Positions 32,845-45,432 of a stretch of 64,000 bases of DNA are shown in pieces. The position numbers and the translations under genes are program-made. The notes beneath the pieces were generated by a model. The model was not told where the DNA came from and did no database searches. It was given only the letters and a program-made list of their open reading frames with translations. Origin of the DNA: Escherichia coli (lineage in GTDB: Bacteria > Pseudomonadota > Gammaproteobacteria > Enterobacterales > Enterobacteriaceae). Where the stretch lies: assembly GCF_044324875.1 (NCBI RefSeq), contig NZ_CP172185.1; one strand, 5' to 3'. Position 1 is the first letter of the stretch. Every line of letters starts with the position of its first letter.

Positions 32845-33753
32845 ATGATGTTAAGTAAGAAAAACAGCGAGACGCTGGAAAATTTCAGTGAAAAGCTGGA
32901 GGTCGAAGGGCGCAGCTTGTGGCAGGACGCACGTCGACGTTTTATGCATAACCGTGCGGCGGTTGCCAGTCTGATAGTGCTGGTGCTGATCGCGTTATTT
33001 GTCATCCTGGCACCGATGCTTTCGCAGTTTGCCTATGACGATACTGACTGGGCGATGATGTCCAGCGCCCCGGATATGGAGTCCGGTCACTACTTTGGAA
33101 CTGACTCATCCGGTCGCGATCTGCTTGTGCGCGTTGCGATTGGCGGGCGTATCTCACTCATGGTCGGTGTTGCTGCGGCACTGGTGGCAGTGGTCGTCGG
33201 GACACTTTACGGTTCGCTTTCCGGTTATCTGGGCGGTAAAGTGGATTCGGTAATGATGCGTCTGCTGGAAATCCTCAACTCCTTCCCATTCATGTTCTTC
33301 GTCATTTTGCTGGTGACCTTTTTCGGTCAAAACATCCTGCTGATTTTCGTGGCGATAGGCATGGTTTCCTGGCTGGATATGGCTCGTATTGTGCGTGGGC
33401 AAACCCTGAGTCTGAAGCGCAAAGAGTTTATTGAGGCGGCACAAGTTGGCGGTGTATCGACGTCGGGCATTGTTATTCGCCACATTGTGCCGAACGTACT
33501 CGGTGTGGTGGTGGTCTACGCATCACTTCTGGTGCCCAGCATGATCCTCTTTGAATCTTTCCTTAGCTTCCTGGGGTTGGGTACGCAAGAGCCGTTAAGC
33601 AGCTGGGGTGCATTGCTGAGTGATGGCGCGAACTCGATGGAAGTCTCTCCATGGTTATTGTTGTTCCCAGCGGGATTCCTCGTGGTGACGCTATTTTGTT
33701 TCAACTTTATCGGCGATGGCTTGCGTGATGCCCTCGACCCGAAAGATCGTTAA
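32845..33753 (+). CDS. oppC: Oligopeptide ABC transporter permease
   Basis: 302-aa membrane ORF. Confidence 0.95.
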   Translation: MMLSKKNSETLENFSEKLEVEGRSLWQDARRRFMHNRAAVASLIVLVLIALFVILAPMLSQFAYDDTDWAMMSSAPDMESGHYFGTDSSGRDLLVRVAIGGRISLMVGVAAALVAVVVGTLYGSLSGYLGGKVDSVMMRLLEILNSFPFMFFVILLVTFFGQNILLIFVAIGMVSWLDMARIVRGQTLSLKRKEFIEAAQVGGVSTSGIVIRHIVPNVLGVVVVYASLLVPSMILFESFLSFLGLGTQEPLSSWGALLSDGANSMEVSPWLLLFPAGFLVVTLFCFNFIGDGLRDALDPKDR

Positions 33754-33764
33754 GGAGTGCAGCC

Positions 33765-34778
33765 ATGAGCGTAATTGAAACTGCAACTGTGCCGCTCGCA
33801 CAACAACAGGCTGACGCACTGCTGAACGTGAAAGATTTGCGTGTCACCTTTAGTACCCCGGACGGCGACGTCACGGCGGTCAATGATTTGAATTTTTCCC
33901 TACGTGCCGGAGAAACGCTGGGCATTGTAGGTGAGTCTGGTTCGGGTAAATCGCAAACTGCATTTGCGTTGATGGGCCTGTTGGCTGCCAACGGACGTAT
34001 TGGCGGATCGGCAACCTTCAATGGGCGTGAAATCCTCAATTTGCCAGAGCATGAACTCAATAAACTGCGCGCTGAACAAATCTCAATGATTTTTCAGGAC
34101 CCAATGACTTCGTTGAATCCCTATATGCGTGTCGGTGAGCAGTTGATGGAAGTGCTGATGCTGCATAAGAACATGAGCAAAGCTGAGGCGTTTGAAGAGT
34201 CGGTGCGGATGCTCGATGCGGTAAAAATGCCGGAAGCACGTAAACGCATGAAAATGTACCCGCATGAATTTTCTGGTGGCATGCGTCAGCGAGTCATGAT
34301 TGCGATGGCATTGCTATGTCGACCTAAGCTGCTGATTGCGGATGAACCCACTACTGCGCTGGACGTCACCGTACAGGCGCAGATCATGACGCTATTAAAT
34401 GAACTGAAGCGGGAATTTAATACCGCCATCATTATGATCACCCACGATCTTGGCGTGGTGGCGGGGATCTGCGACAAAGTGCTGGTAATGTACGCCGGGC
34501 GCACGATGGAATATGGCAATGCGCGCGATGTCTTTTATCAACCCGTTCATCCTTATTCTATCGGTTTGCTCAACGCGGTGCCGCGTCTCGATGCGGAAGG
34601 TGAAACAATGTTGACCATCCCGGGTAATCCGCCAAACTTGCTGCGATTACCGAAAGGTTGCCCGTTCCAGCCACGTTGTCCACATGCGATGGAAATTTGT
34701 AGTAGCGCACCGCCGCTGGAAGAGTTTACGCCTGGCCGTCTGCGTGCTTGCTTTAAACCGGTGGAGGAACTGTTATGA
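33765..34778 (+). CDS. oppD: Oligopeptide ABC transporter ATPase
   Basis: 337-aa ORF with Walker A GESGSGKS. Confidence 0.95.
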   Translation: MSVIETATVPLAQQQADALLNVKDLRVTFSTPDGDVTAVNDLNFSLRAGETLGIVGESGSGKSQTAFALMGLLAANGRIGGSATFNGREILNLPEHELNKLRAEQISMIFQDPMTSLNPYMRVGEQLMEVLMLHKNMSKAEAFEESVRMLDAVKMPEARKRMKMYPHEFSGGMRQRVMIAMALLCRPKLLIADEPTTALDVTVQAQIMTLLNELKREFNTAIIMITHDLGVVAGICDKVLVMYAGRTMEYGNARDVFYQPVHPYSIGLLNAVPRLDAEGETMLTIPGNPPNLLRLPKGCPFQPRCPHAMEICSSAPPLEEFTPGRLRACFKPVEELL

Positions 34779-35779
34779 ATGCTGTAACTGAAGGAAGAAA
34801 AGTCCTCCTTGAAATCGCCGATCTGAAAGTGCACTTTGAAATCAAAGATGGCAAACAGTGGTTCTGGCAACCGCCGAAAACGCTCAAAGCCGTCGATGGT
34901 GTCACTCTTCGCCTGTATGAAGGGGAAACATTAGGTGTGGTAGGGGAGTCGGGATGCGGTAAGTCCACCTTTGCTCGCGCCATCATCGGTTTGGTCAAGG
35001 CGACCGACGGTCATGTTGCCTGGTTAGGTAAAGAGTTGCTGGGCATGAAGCCCGATGAATGGCGTGCCGTTCGCAGTGATATTCAGATGATTTTCCAGGA
35101 TCCGTTGGCATCGCTAAACCCGCGTATGACCATCGGCGAGATTATCGCTGAACCGCTGCGTACCTATCATCCGAAAATGTCACGCCAGGAAGTTCGCGAG
35201 CGCGTGAAGGCGATGATGCTGAAAGTCGGGTTATTGCCTAACCTGATTAACCGCTATCCGCATGAGTTCTCTGGTGGGCAGTGCCAGCGTATCGGGATTG
35301 CTCGTGCTCTTATTCTTGAACCGAAGCTGATTATCTGTGATGAGCCGGTGTCGGCGCTGGACGTGTCAATTCAGGCGCAGGTGGTCAACCTGCTCCAGCA
35401 GCTGCAACGCGAGATGGGATTGTCATTAATTTTTATCGCTCACGACCTGGCCGTGGTAAAACACATTTCCGATCGTGTGCTGGTGATGTATCTCGGCCAT
35501 GCGGTAGAACTGGGGACCTATGATGAGGTCTACCACAATCCACTACATCCTTACACCAGGGCATTGATGTCGGCAGTCCCCATACCTGATCCGGATCTGG
35601 AGAAGAATAAAACCATCCAGTTACTGGAAGGGGAATTACCGTCGCCGATCAACCCGCCTTCCGGTTGTGTTTTCCGTACCCGTTGCCCGATTGCCGGTCC
35701 GGAGTGCGCCAAAACACGTCCTGTTCTGGAGGGGAGTTTCAGACACGCCGTTTCTTGCCTGAAAGTCGATCCGCTTTAA
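34775..35779 (+). CDS. oppF: Oligopeptide ABC transporter ATPase
   Basis: 334-aa ORF with Walker A GESGCGKS; 4-bp overlap with oppD. Confidence 0.95.
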   Translation: MNAVTEGRKVLLEIADLKVHFEIKDGKQWFWQPPKTLKAVDGVTLRLYEGETLGVVGESGCGKSTFARAIIGLVKATDGHVAWLGKELLGMKPDEWRAVRSDIQMIFQDPLASLNPRMTIGEIIAEPLRTYHPKMSRQEVRERVKAMMLKVGLLPNLINRYPHEFSGGQCQRIGIARALILEPKLIICDEPVSALDVSIQAQVVNLLQQLQREMGLSLIFIAHDLAVVKHISDRVLVMYLGHAVELGTYDEVYHNPLHPYTRALMSAVPIPDPDLEKNKTIQLLEGELPSPINPPSGCVFRTRCPIAGPECAKTRPVLEGSFRHAVSCLKVDPL

Positions 35780-35831
35780 ACACAATAAGGGCTGACAGTT
35801 GTCAGCCCTTTTTCACGCCGAAAGTGATTAT

Positions 35832-37656
<1,825 letters not shown>

Positions 37657-37798
37657 AGATTAGAAATCCTTTTGAAAGCGCATTGTTATGAGTTTACGCA
37701 TATGGATTCATCTGGCAAATAAAAACGCGGGAAAAGCACTGGTCAGCGTCGGGGGCGGGGGTATAATGACCATTCTGTTATTGCATAGAGTAGTTAAC

Positions 37799-37972
37799 AT
37801 GAAGCGGAGTAGAACGGAAGTGGGGCGCTGGCGCATGCAGCGTCAGGCTAGCCGACGTAAATCGCGTTGGCTTGAGGGGCAGTCGCGCCGAAATATGCGT
37901 ATCCACAGCATCAGGAAGTGCATTCTAAACAAACAGCGTAACTCGTTATTGTTTGCGATCTACAATATCTAA
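37799..37972 (+). CDS. yciY: Small basic protein YciY (57 aa)
   Basis: Arg/Lys-rich ORF MKRSRTEVGRWRMQRQASRRKSRW between clsA and kch; recalled as a K-12 small protein. Confidence 0.5.
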   Translation: MKRSRTEVGRWRMQRQASRRKSRWLEGQSRRNMRIHSIRKCILNKQRNSLLFAIYNI

Positions 37973-38026
37973 ATGTACTGGGCACCATTGCGGTGCCCAA
38001 TAAGTTTACTCTTCCGTCTTTAAACT

Positions 38027-39280
38027 CTATTTTTGCGCCGATTCTTTACTGTCAGCTTTCGTTTCTTGTTCATCGTTATCGCTGAAAATACCATGACCTG
38101 AGTTCAACAACATTGAAACGAGCATATCATTATTAATCTCTTCACCATTTAAAACTCGCGCCAGAATTTCGCTGCCAAACAGTTGCGGTGAGAGAATGAT
38201 ATCCGGATGTACCATCTTAATCTTATTCAGGTTTTTGCTATCACTGACGGCGAGAACTGTTTTGACATCACTGCTCATATCTTTTGCCGAGAGTACAACA
38301 AACGCGTTATCTGCATCGTTATCACTCAGCGCCAGAATGGCCCGGCAACGATCGATTCCCGCTTTCTTTAATACTGAACTGTCATTACTGTCACCGGGGA
38401 TAACATCAGCGTTATCGCCTAAGCGTTGCTCAAGTTGCTTGATATCATCTTCAGGCAAGTTGCTGATAACCGTTACGTTTTGTCCGCGTTGATTCAGTTG
38501 CAGGATCGTATTGATGGCGAGAATCGAATGTCCGCAAACAATAAAATGATCTTTACGATGCATTGTATGATTGTTTCCTTTTACAAGTTTGTTGAATCCC
38601 CCGCGGATAAGCGGACCAAAAATTGAGGTCATAGAGGTGGCAAAAACGGTAATGCCGGAAATAATGACCGAAATAGTGAACAATCGTGCTGATTCAGAAA
38701 CAGGGACAATATCGCCATAGCCGACGGTTGACATGGTTTCTATCGAAAAATAGAACGCGGTCATCAAACTTTCTATTCGCGGATTAAAACCTTCGCTTAA
38801 ATAAAGCGCACCGTAGGTGGAGTAAAACAGTAACGTCGTGAAACTAATAAATGCGAAAATTGTCCCGGCTGCGGCGCTACTGTGGGAGAAGTCTTTGCGC
38901 AGTATCAGCAAAAACACCAGCGTAAAAATGCAAAATCCAATACTAAATTTCAGCCAGGGATAAAAATGCAGGGTGTAAATTAGCGCTATCAACAACAAAA
39001 TGATACTGATTGCCCATGCGAGCTTTGCCCGGAACAGTAAGCCAATGGAGTTCAGGACAAGAAAGACGCCGAGCATAAATAGTGGGGCGTTTGCCAGCAA
39101 GGAGAGATCCAACTCTGAAAATGCTTTGATATGGAAAATATCAAGCAAATTGACCGACATACCATAGATTGTTTTAAAAATAAGCAATCCATTTAAAAAG
39201 ACGGCCAGCGCGAGAATGTCGTGCCGTAGGGTCACCCATAAATTTGTTGCTGTTTGTTTGAATGTAGCCCAGTGACTCAC
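38027..39280 (-). CDS. kch: Voltage-gated K+ channel Kch
   Basis: 417-aa ORF from GTG; TVGYGD selectivity-filter motif. Confidence 0.9.
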   Translation of the reverse strand: MSHWATFKQTATNLWVTLRHDILALAVFLNGLLIFKTIYGMSVNLLDIFHIKAFSELDLSLLANAPLFMLGVFLVLNSIGLLFRAKLAWAISIILLLIALIYTLHFYPWLKFSIGFCIFTLVFLLILRKDFSHSSAAAGTIFAFISFTTLLFYSTYGALYLSEGFNPRIESLMTAFYFSIETMSTVGYGDIVPVSESARLFTISVIISGITVFATSMTSIFGPLIRGGFNKLVKGNNHTMHRKDHFIVCGHSILAINTILQLNQRGQNVTVISNLPEDDIKQLEQRLGDNADVIPGDSNDSSVLKKAGIDRCRAILALSDNDADNAFVVLSAKDMSSDVKTVLAVSDSKNLNKIKMVHPDIILSPQLFGSEILARVLNGEEINNDMLVSMLLNSGHGIFSDNDEQETKADSKESAQK

Positions 39281-39580
39281 TGATACCTCTGTAACCACAA
39301 TTTTGTTTAATTATCTCAACGTGCACATTTTCTGAACATACATGCGGCACGTGAATGTGTTAAACAATAGTAGATGACTTTATCCGCAGTAATCAAAGGT
39401 TTTGAGTGAGCAACTCTGCGTCAGGAAAGGGCATTTTTCCTGAATATGCTCACATCATATAAAGAAATACAGATAAAGTTATTATCTGCTTGTGGGGGGG
39501 AATGCACTGACCGACCTATAAGGAAAGGCCAAACAAGAACACGGTTGCAAAAACCGTGCCCTTAAATATTGAATCTCTAT

Positions 39581-39877
39581 TCAGAACACTTTCTTAAATG
39601 GTTTCACTGAAACGTGTTCATAGACTCCTGCCGCTACGTACGGGTCAGCATCGGCCCAGGCCTGAGCTGCTTCCAGCGATTCAAATTCAGCAATAACGGT
39701 TGAGCCAGTAAATCCCGCAGCCCCTGGATCGTTACTGTCTACCGCTGGCATTGGACCAGCTGTCAACAAACGACCTTCATCATGCAGTAACTGTAAACGT
39801 GCTAAATGTGCCGGACGAACGGAAAGGCGTTTTTCGAGGCTATCAGCTTTGTCTTGAGCGTAAATAACATACAACAC
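39581..39877 (-). CDS. yciI: YciI-like protein
   Basis: 98-aa ORF from GTG. Confidence 0.8.
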
Positions 39878-40029
39878 GGGCACAACTCCTTGTTCGGGAA
39901 AGTTGTAAAGTACGTTATTTGAAAGGGCGAAGATCTGCAACGGAAAGATGATGACTTTGTTAAGACCATGCATAAAGTAAGGTCAATTACGCTAAAAATG
40001 ACATTTTCACTGATCCTGATCGTCTTGCC

Positions 40030-40060
40030 TTATTGAATATGATTGCTATTTGCATTTAAA
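40030..40060 (+). promoter_or_regulatory. Putative Fur box / tonB promoter
   Basis: ttgaatatgattgctatttgcatttaaaat resembles Fur iron-box repeats upstream of tonB. Confidence 0.4.
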
Positions 40061-40100
40061 ATCGAGGCCTGGTTTTTCTACTGAAATGATTATGACTTCA

Positions 40101-40826
40101 ATGACCCTTGATTTACCTCGCCGCTTCCCCTGGCCGACGTTACTTTCGGTCTGCATTCATGGTGCTGTTGTGGCGGGTCTGCTCTATACCTCGGTACATC
40201 AGGTTATTGAACTACCTGCGCCTGCGCAGCCAATTTCTGTCACGATGGTTGCGCCTGCGGATCTCGAACCGCCACAAGCCGTTCAGCCGCCACCGGAGCC
40301 GGTGGTAGAGCCAGAACCGGAACCTGAGCCGATCCCCGAACCGCCAAAAGAAGCACCGGTGGTCATTGAAAAGCCGAAGCCGAAGCCGAAACCTAAGCCA
40401 AAACCGAAGCCGGTGAAAAAGGTACAGGAGCAGCCAAAACGCGATGTCAAACCCGTAGAGTCGCGTCCGGCATCACCGTTTGAAAATACGGCACCCGCGC
40501 GCCCGACATCAAGTACGGCAACGGCTGCAACCAGCAAGCCGGTTACCAGTGTGGCTTCAGGACCACGCGCATTAAGCCGCAATCAGCCGCAGTATCCGGC
40601 ACGAGCACAGGCATTGCGCATTGAAGGGCAGGTTAAAGTTAAATTTGATGTCACGCCGGATGGTCGCGTGGATAACGTGCAAATCCTCTCAGCCAAGCCT
40701 GCGAACATGTTTGAGCGTGAGGTGAAAAATGCGATGCGCAGATGGCGTTATGAGCCGGGTAAGCCAGGCAGTGGGATTGTGGTGAATATCCTGTTTAAAA
40801 TTAACGGCACCACCGAAATTCAGTAA
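40101..40826 (+). CDS. tonB: TonB energy transducer
   Basis: [24 protein letters not shown] with (EP)n-(KP)n proline-rich spacer; 241 aa here. Confidence 0.95.
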   Translation: MTLDLPRRFPWPTLLSVCIHGAVVAGLLYTSVHQVIELPAPAQPISVTMVAPADLEPPQAVQPPPEPVVEPEPEPEPIPEPPKEAPVVIEKPKPKPKPKPKPKPVKKVQEQPKRDVKPVESRPASPFENTAPARPTSSTATAATSKPVTSVASGPRALSRNQPQYPARAQALRIEGQVKVKFDVTPDGRVDNVQILSAKPANMFEREVKNAMRRWRYEPGKPGSGIVVNILFKINGTTEIQ

Positions 40827-40834
40827 GCAGAAAG

Positions 40835-40864
40835 TCAAAAGCCTCCGACCGGAGGCTTTTGATT
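40835..40864. terminator. Bidirectional terminator between tonB and yciA
   Basis: aaaagcctccg-acc-ggaggctttt hairpin with A/T runs on both sides. Confidence 0.8.
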
Positions 40865-40865
40865 A

Positions 40866-41264
40866 TTACTCAACAGGTAAGGCGCGAGGTTTTCCTTCAG
40901 GATCAACCGCGACATACTTAAATAATGCTTCTGTCGCTTTATAGCGTTGCCCGATGGGTTCAGACGCGACTTTTTTCACCCACACTTCAATATTAATGCT
41001 GACCGATGTCGTCCCTTTCTGGACACAGCGTGCATAGCAGCACACCACATCGCCGACCGCAACCGGCCGTAAGAAAGTCATTCCTTCAACCCGCACAGTC
41101 ACGACGCGACCGTGGGCAATTTCTTTCGCCAGAATAGCGCCGCCAATATCCATTTGTGACATTAACCAACCACCAAAGATGTCACCATTGGCATTGGTAT
41201 CGGCGGGCATGGCTAAAGTACGTAAAACAAGATCGCCCTGAGGGACGTTATGTGTTGTAGACAT
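40866..41264 (-). CDS. yciA: Acyl-CoA thioesterase YciA
   Basis: 132-aa ORF. Confidence 0.9.
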   Translation of the reverse strand: MSTTHNVPQGDLVLRTLAMPADTNANGDIFGGWLMSQMDIGGAILAKEIAHGRVVTVRVEGMTFLRPVAVGDVVCCYARCVQKGTTSVSINIEVWVKKVASEPIGQRYKATEALFKYVAVDPEGKPRALPVE

Positions 41265-41368
41265 GGTAAAACCGACTTAAAAGGAAAATCACAGGCGCGA
41301 TGCTACTATGATTTTCCTGAGGAGAACAGAGGAGATACAGCGCCAGCCCCGAAGGACTGGCAGTCTGG

Positions 41369-41908
41369 TTAGGATTTATCTTCCTGCGGCATGTGGCGGT
41401 AGATATAGATACCGCTTAACAATGTGAAGATTAAGGTAAGGGCGGTCAGGCCAAAGACTTTAAAGTTGACCCAAATATTTTGCGGCAGCCAGAATGCGAT
41501 GTAGATGTTTGCCAGACCGCAAAGGATAAAGAAAACAGCCCAGGCCAGATTCAGCTTCGACCATACCGGTTGCGGCAGCGTGAGTTCTTTACCCAGCATC
41601 CGCTGAATTAGCGGCTTTTTCATCACCCATTGGCTGACTAACAGGGCTCCCGCAAACAGAGCATAAATGACTGTAACCTTCCATTTAATAAACTCATCAT
41701 TGTGGAAGAACAGCGTCAAGCCACCGAAGACGACCACCAGAACAAAAGTGATCAGGGCCATCTTCTCAACCTTACGAAAGCGAACCCAGCTATATATAAG
41801 CACAATCGCCGTGGCGACGATCAGCGCCGCAGTAGCCGCATAGATGTCATAAATCTTGTAAAACGCGAAAAAGACAACCAGCGGTAAAAAATCAAGAAAC
41901 TGCTTCAT
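41369..41908 (-). CDS. yciB: Inner membrane protein YciB (intracellular septation protein A family)
   Basis: 179-aa membrane ORF. Confidence 0.9.
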   Translation of the reverse strand: MKQFLDFLPLVVFFAFYKIYDIYAATAALIVATAIVLIYSWVRFRKVEKMALITFVLVVVFGGLTLFFHNDEFIKWKVTVIYALFAGALLVSQWVMKKPLIQRMLGKELTLPQPVWSKLNLAWAVFFILCGLANIYIAFWLPQNIWVNFKVFGLTALTLIFTLLSGIYIYRHMPQEDKS

Positions 41909-41937
41909 TTTACGATTCCGTAATCAAATGCTTAAGG

Positions 41938-42681
41938 TTATTGGCGAATCAACATATACAGGCGGAACAGATAGATGAGCAGTACGGCTGAAATCAGGTT
42001 GCTCAAGGTGTTCGCCAGTACGGCACCAATTTCCGGGGTTAATGCGGCAAAAGAAGAGGCAAAAAGCAGCAACAGTGTCTTTGCCAGCAACCAGCTCAGT
42101 ACTGCGGGTGCCACCAGACGCATATTCGCCCAGGTCAGGCGCATGCTGCTTCGCATCGAGGCAAAAATGCCCATTTTGTCCTGTACCAACATCACCGGTG
42201 CCAGGGCCAATAAAATGGCCATGATAATTCCCGGAACGACCACCAGCATGATGCCAATCTGTACTAAAAGGGTAGTCAGAAAAATCAGAATAAATAACTT
42301 GGGCAATATCGGCGCACTGGCACCAATAGCTCGCAGCGCACTGACTCTCTGACCCGCAGACACCAGCTGGATAATTAATATTACGCCTCCGGCGAGAATG
42401 GCGTTACCGATTAATCCTGAAAAAGTGGACGCCGCTGAAGCCTGCAGCAAAATTTGTTGCTGTTCCGGTGACATATTCTGAACCAGGTCGAACAACCCAC
42501 TACTGCCGCTAACGGGCACGCCGTCATTGAGCTGCGCAAGCTGTGCATCACTGGGTGAGAAAACATGCCCTAACACCACTGTGATAAACGCACATAGCAA
42601 CGATACCAGCAGAATGGTCATAAATTGATTACGGAAGAAATTTCCGGTGTCACGGTATACGGACTGCGCCGTGATAGACAT
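41938..42681 (-). CDS. yciC: Inner membrane protein YciC
   Basis: 247-aa membrane ORF. Confidence 0.9.
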   Translation of the reverse strand: MSITAQSVYRDTGNFFRNQFMTILLVSLLCAFITVVLGHVFSPSDAQLAQLNDGVPVSGSSGLFDLVQNMSPEQQQILLQASAASTFSGLIGNAILAGGVILIIQLVSAGQRVSALRAIGASAPILPKLFILIFLTTLLVQIGIMLVVVPGIIMAILLALAPVMLVQDKMGIFASMRSSMRLTWANMRLVAPAVLSWLLAKTLLLLFASSFAALTPEIGAVLANTLSNLISAVLLIYLFRLYMLIRQ

Positions 42682-43037
42682 GCACTCTCCTTGAGTTTTA
42701 TGCAGGTGTTAATTAGCGGGCAATTGTACCCTGGTTAAGCCTCGGGTGGCAGCATCAGGTCTTGTATGGAAAAGCATATCTTTGTAAAGCGGAGGTAATT
42801 GCTGGCCTTCAGGCGTGGGCAAACCGCGGCAAGTGGCGAACGAGTTAATATTTGCGTAGCGAAAATATTTAAAAATTGATTTAAATCACATTAACCAGGA
42901 TTCTCAATGCAACTTCTAAATTAATCCAGATCAATAAATGGTGAATTATCATATGTAATGTGATCTATGTAGGATCATTTGTTACTCCAATGTAGGTATA
43001 TTCGTCACGTTTTTATAACCATAACGACGGAGCGGAT

Positions 43038-43676
43038 ATGAAAAAGTTAACAGTGGCGGCTTTGGCAGTAACAACTCTTCTCTCTGGCAGTGCCTATGCG
43101 CATGAAGCAGGCGAATTTTTTATGCGTGCAGGGTCTGCAACCGTACGTCCAACAGAAGGTGCTGGTGGTACGTTAGGAAGTCTGGGTGGATTCAGCGTGA
43201 CCAATAACACGCAACTGGGCCTGACGTTTACTTATATGGCGACCGATAACATTGGTGTGGAATTGCTGGCAGCGACGCCGTTCCGCCATAAAATCGGCAC
43301 CCGGGCGACCGGCGATATTGCAACCGTTCATCATCTGCCGCCAACACTGATGGCGCAGTGGTATTTTGGTGATGCCAGCAGCAAATTCCGTCCTTACGTT
43401 GGTGCAGGTATTAACTACACCACCTTCTTTGATAATGGATTTAACGATCATGGCAAAGAGGCGGGGCTTTCCGATCTCAGTCTGAAAGACTCCTGGGGAG
43501 CTGCCGGGCAGGTGGGGGTTGATTATCTGATTAACCGTGACTGGTTGGTTAACATGTCAGTCTGGTACATGGATATCGATACCACTGCCAATTATAAACT
43601 GGGCGGTGCACAGCAACACGATAGCGTACGCCTCGATCCGTGGGTGTTTATGTTCTCAGCAGGATATCGTTTTTAA
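43038..43676 (+). CDS. ompW: Outer membrane protein W
   Basis: 212-aa ORF with signal peptide, C-terminal aromatic residue. Confidence 0.95.
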   Translation: MKKLTVAALAVTTLLSGSAYAHEAGEFFMRAGSATVRPTEGAGGTLGSLGGFSVTNNTQLGLTFTYMATDNIGVELLAATPFRHKIGTRATGDIATVHHLPPTLMAQWYFGDASSKFRPYVGAGINYTTFFDNGFNDHGKEAGLSDLSLKDSWGAAGQVGVDYLINRDWLVNMSVWYMDIDTTANYKLGGAQQHDSVRLDPWVFMFSAGYRF

Positions 43677-43684
43677 TTCCGCAC

Positions 43685-43710
43685 AAAAATGACCCCGTAA
43701 TTACGGGGTC
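43685..43710. terminator. Terminator hairpin between ompW and yciE
   Basis: gaccccgtaattacggggtc hairpin, A-run upstream (U-run on minus strand). Confidence 0.55.
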
Positions 43711-43734
43711 AATAAGGACATGGTATAAAGGGTA

Positions 43735-44241
43735 TTATTTCTTCGCTTCCACGCCATCAGTTTCAGAGCGAATTAAGAATTTCTCAGTTGTTTGCGGAAT
43801 ATGCTGAATTAGCCAGTCGGCCATGTGCTTTTCCTCATTTAAAATCGCTTCGATAATCGGAATTGAGGCTGTATCACCGGCATTTTTTGCTGCTGCTAAG
43901 AGTGAGGTATAACAGGCGATTTCAAATTGCTCGAAGACATATCCGCTAATAGAGCCTTTGACTATTTCATCAGAAGGGAATATACCACCGATTGACTGTC
44001 CAAGCGCAGCCATTTTACTCATGGAATCTTTAATGACTGAACGTGAAATGTCATTACGATCAAGAATAGTTTCCAGTTGAACAATCTGGTTTTTGGTTTC
44101 ACTAAGATGTTGTTCAATACGAGCGCGTAGTTCAGGATAATTATCTATACGACTGGCCATGGATTCAAGCATAGATTCGGCTTGCTTTTCCATTGCGTGG
44201 GCGTCACGTAACCAGTCATGATAATGTTCAATACGATTCAT
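43735..44241 (-). CDS. yciE: Ferritin-like protein YciE
   Basis: 168-aa ORF. Confidence 0.9.
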   Translation of the reverse strand: MNRIEHYHDWLRDAHAMEKQAESMLESMASRIDNYPELRARIEQHLSETKNQIVQLETILDRNDISRSVIKDSMSKMAALGQSIGGIFPSDEIVKGSISGYVFEQFEIACYTSLLAAAKNAGDTASIPIIEAILNEEKHMADWLIQHIPQTTEKFLIRSETDGVEAKK

Positions 44242-44286
44242 GAAAATGTCCTCTTTATAAAATGACTAAAAGTTAAAGTTCATATT

Positions 44287-44787
44287 TCAGGCTTTATTTT
44301 CGGCTTTCTTATTTACGTTATTAAGGGCCAGATCAGTCAGTTTGATGTCTGTGGCCTTTTCTTCTTCCAAAGTTTCTTTCAGAAGCTTCGCTGCTTTACG
44401 GTAACCTAATTGTTCAGCCAGCGTCGCTAAGGTCCCGTAACTGGCGATCTCATAGTGCTCGACTTTCTGTGCAGCGGCAATTAGTGCGGCATCACGTACT
44501 TCGTTTTTCTCGGTGCTTTCGATGACCTCATTAGCTTCTTCAATGAGACCTTCCATTGCCACACATTTCATGCGCTTAATTTTCAGGTTCGATTCAGATT
44601 CCACAACTTGATCAATTCGTTCAATCTGTCCATGAGTTTCCTCGAGGTGCGCATGAAAAGCCTGACTTAATTTTTCATTTGATGTTGCTCTTGCGAGTTT
44701 TGCCAGTGCCCGGGTTAATTGTTTTTCTGCGCTGTAGGTATCTGAAAGCAGGTGAATAAATACATCTTCAATGGTCTTCATATTCAT
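44287..44787 (-). CDS. yciF: Ferritin-like stress protein YciF
   Basis: 166-aa ORF MNMKTIEDVF. Confidence 0.9.
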   Translation of the reverse strand: MNMKTIEDVFIHLLSDTYSAEKQLTRALAKLARATSNEKLSQAFHAHLEETHGQIERIDQVVESESNLKIKRMKCVAMEGLIEEANEVIESTEKNEVRDAALIAAAQKVEHYEIASYGTLATLAEQLGYRKAAKLLKETLEEEKATDIKLTDLALNNVNKKAENKA

Positions 44788-44872
44788 ATTTTTCTCCAGT
44801 GAAATCACTGCGAGCCATACGGCCCGCAGATGCAATTATCTTTATCAGCTGATATTAATAATTAACGGTGAA

Positions 44873-45052
44873 TCAGGATTTTCCTGATTTATTACCACCG
44901 CTTTGTTGACCGCCTTTTTTACCCGCTTCGGATGCGCGTTGCGGATCATTTTTAAAATTACCGCCGCTATGCTGACCGCCTTTACGGCCTGCGTCGGATG
45001 CCTTCTCACGGTCTTCGGCGAAATTTCCTGAACCACCACGATGTTCGGCCAT
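44873..45052 (-). CDS. yciG: KGG-repeat stress protein YciG
   Basis: 59-aa Gly/Lys-rich ORF MAEHRGGSGNF. Confidence 0.8.
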   Translation of the reverse strand: MAEHRGGSGNFAEDREKASDAGRKGGQHSGGNFKNDPQRASEAGKKGGQQSGGNKSGKS

Positions 45053-45399
45053 GTTATTTCTCCCGTTGCGTTGCATTGTTTCATTAATATGAGTGTTGTG
45101 TGTCGACACTCATTAAAATTAGTCGCTAATGAGAATTAGTCAAATTAAGCGTAACGAGAAGAAAATGGGAAAATATATTATGAGGAAAGTTCTTGATATA
45201 TTAACAATTGCCTGAGGAATAAGTGACTTAGAGAAAATTATTGATTTTACTGGTGTTATGTTGCGGGATTAATTTATTTGATTATATTACTGTTGGGCGG
45301 AAAAATGACGTAAGTTGACGTTCGACAGGGGTAAGCGAAACGGTAAAAAGATAAATATTAAATGAATTTAGGATTTTTCTGGCTTCGTTAAAGAAAGTT

Positions 45400-45426
45400 A
45401 AAATGCCGCCAGCGGAACTGGCGGCT
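45400..45426 (-). terminator. trp operon terminator (trp t)
   Basis: gccgccag...ctggcggc hairpin followed by U-run on minus strand just after trpA stop. Confidence 0.75.
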
Positions 45427-45432
45427 GTGGGA

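Noticed and set aside
37688-37972. 94-aa version of the ORF between clsA and kch
   Set aside because: N-terminal 37 codons lack RBS support; the internal ATG at 37799 gives the 57-aa basic protein consistent with YciY.
42930-42990. CRP/FNR-like palindrome tgtgatctatgtaggatca upstream of ompW
   Set aside because: Half-sites deviate from both consensus sequences and I could not position it relative to a promoter with confidence.
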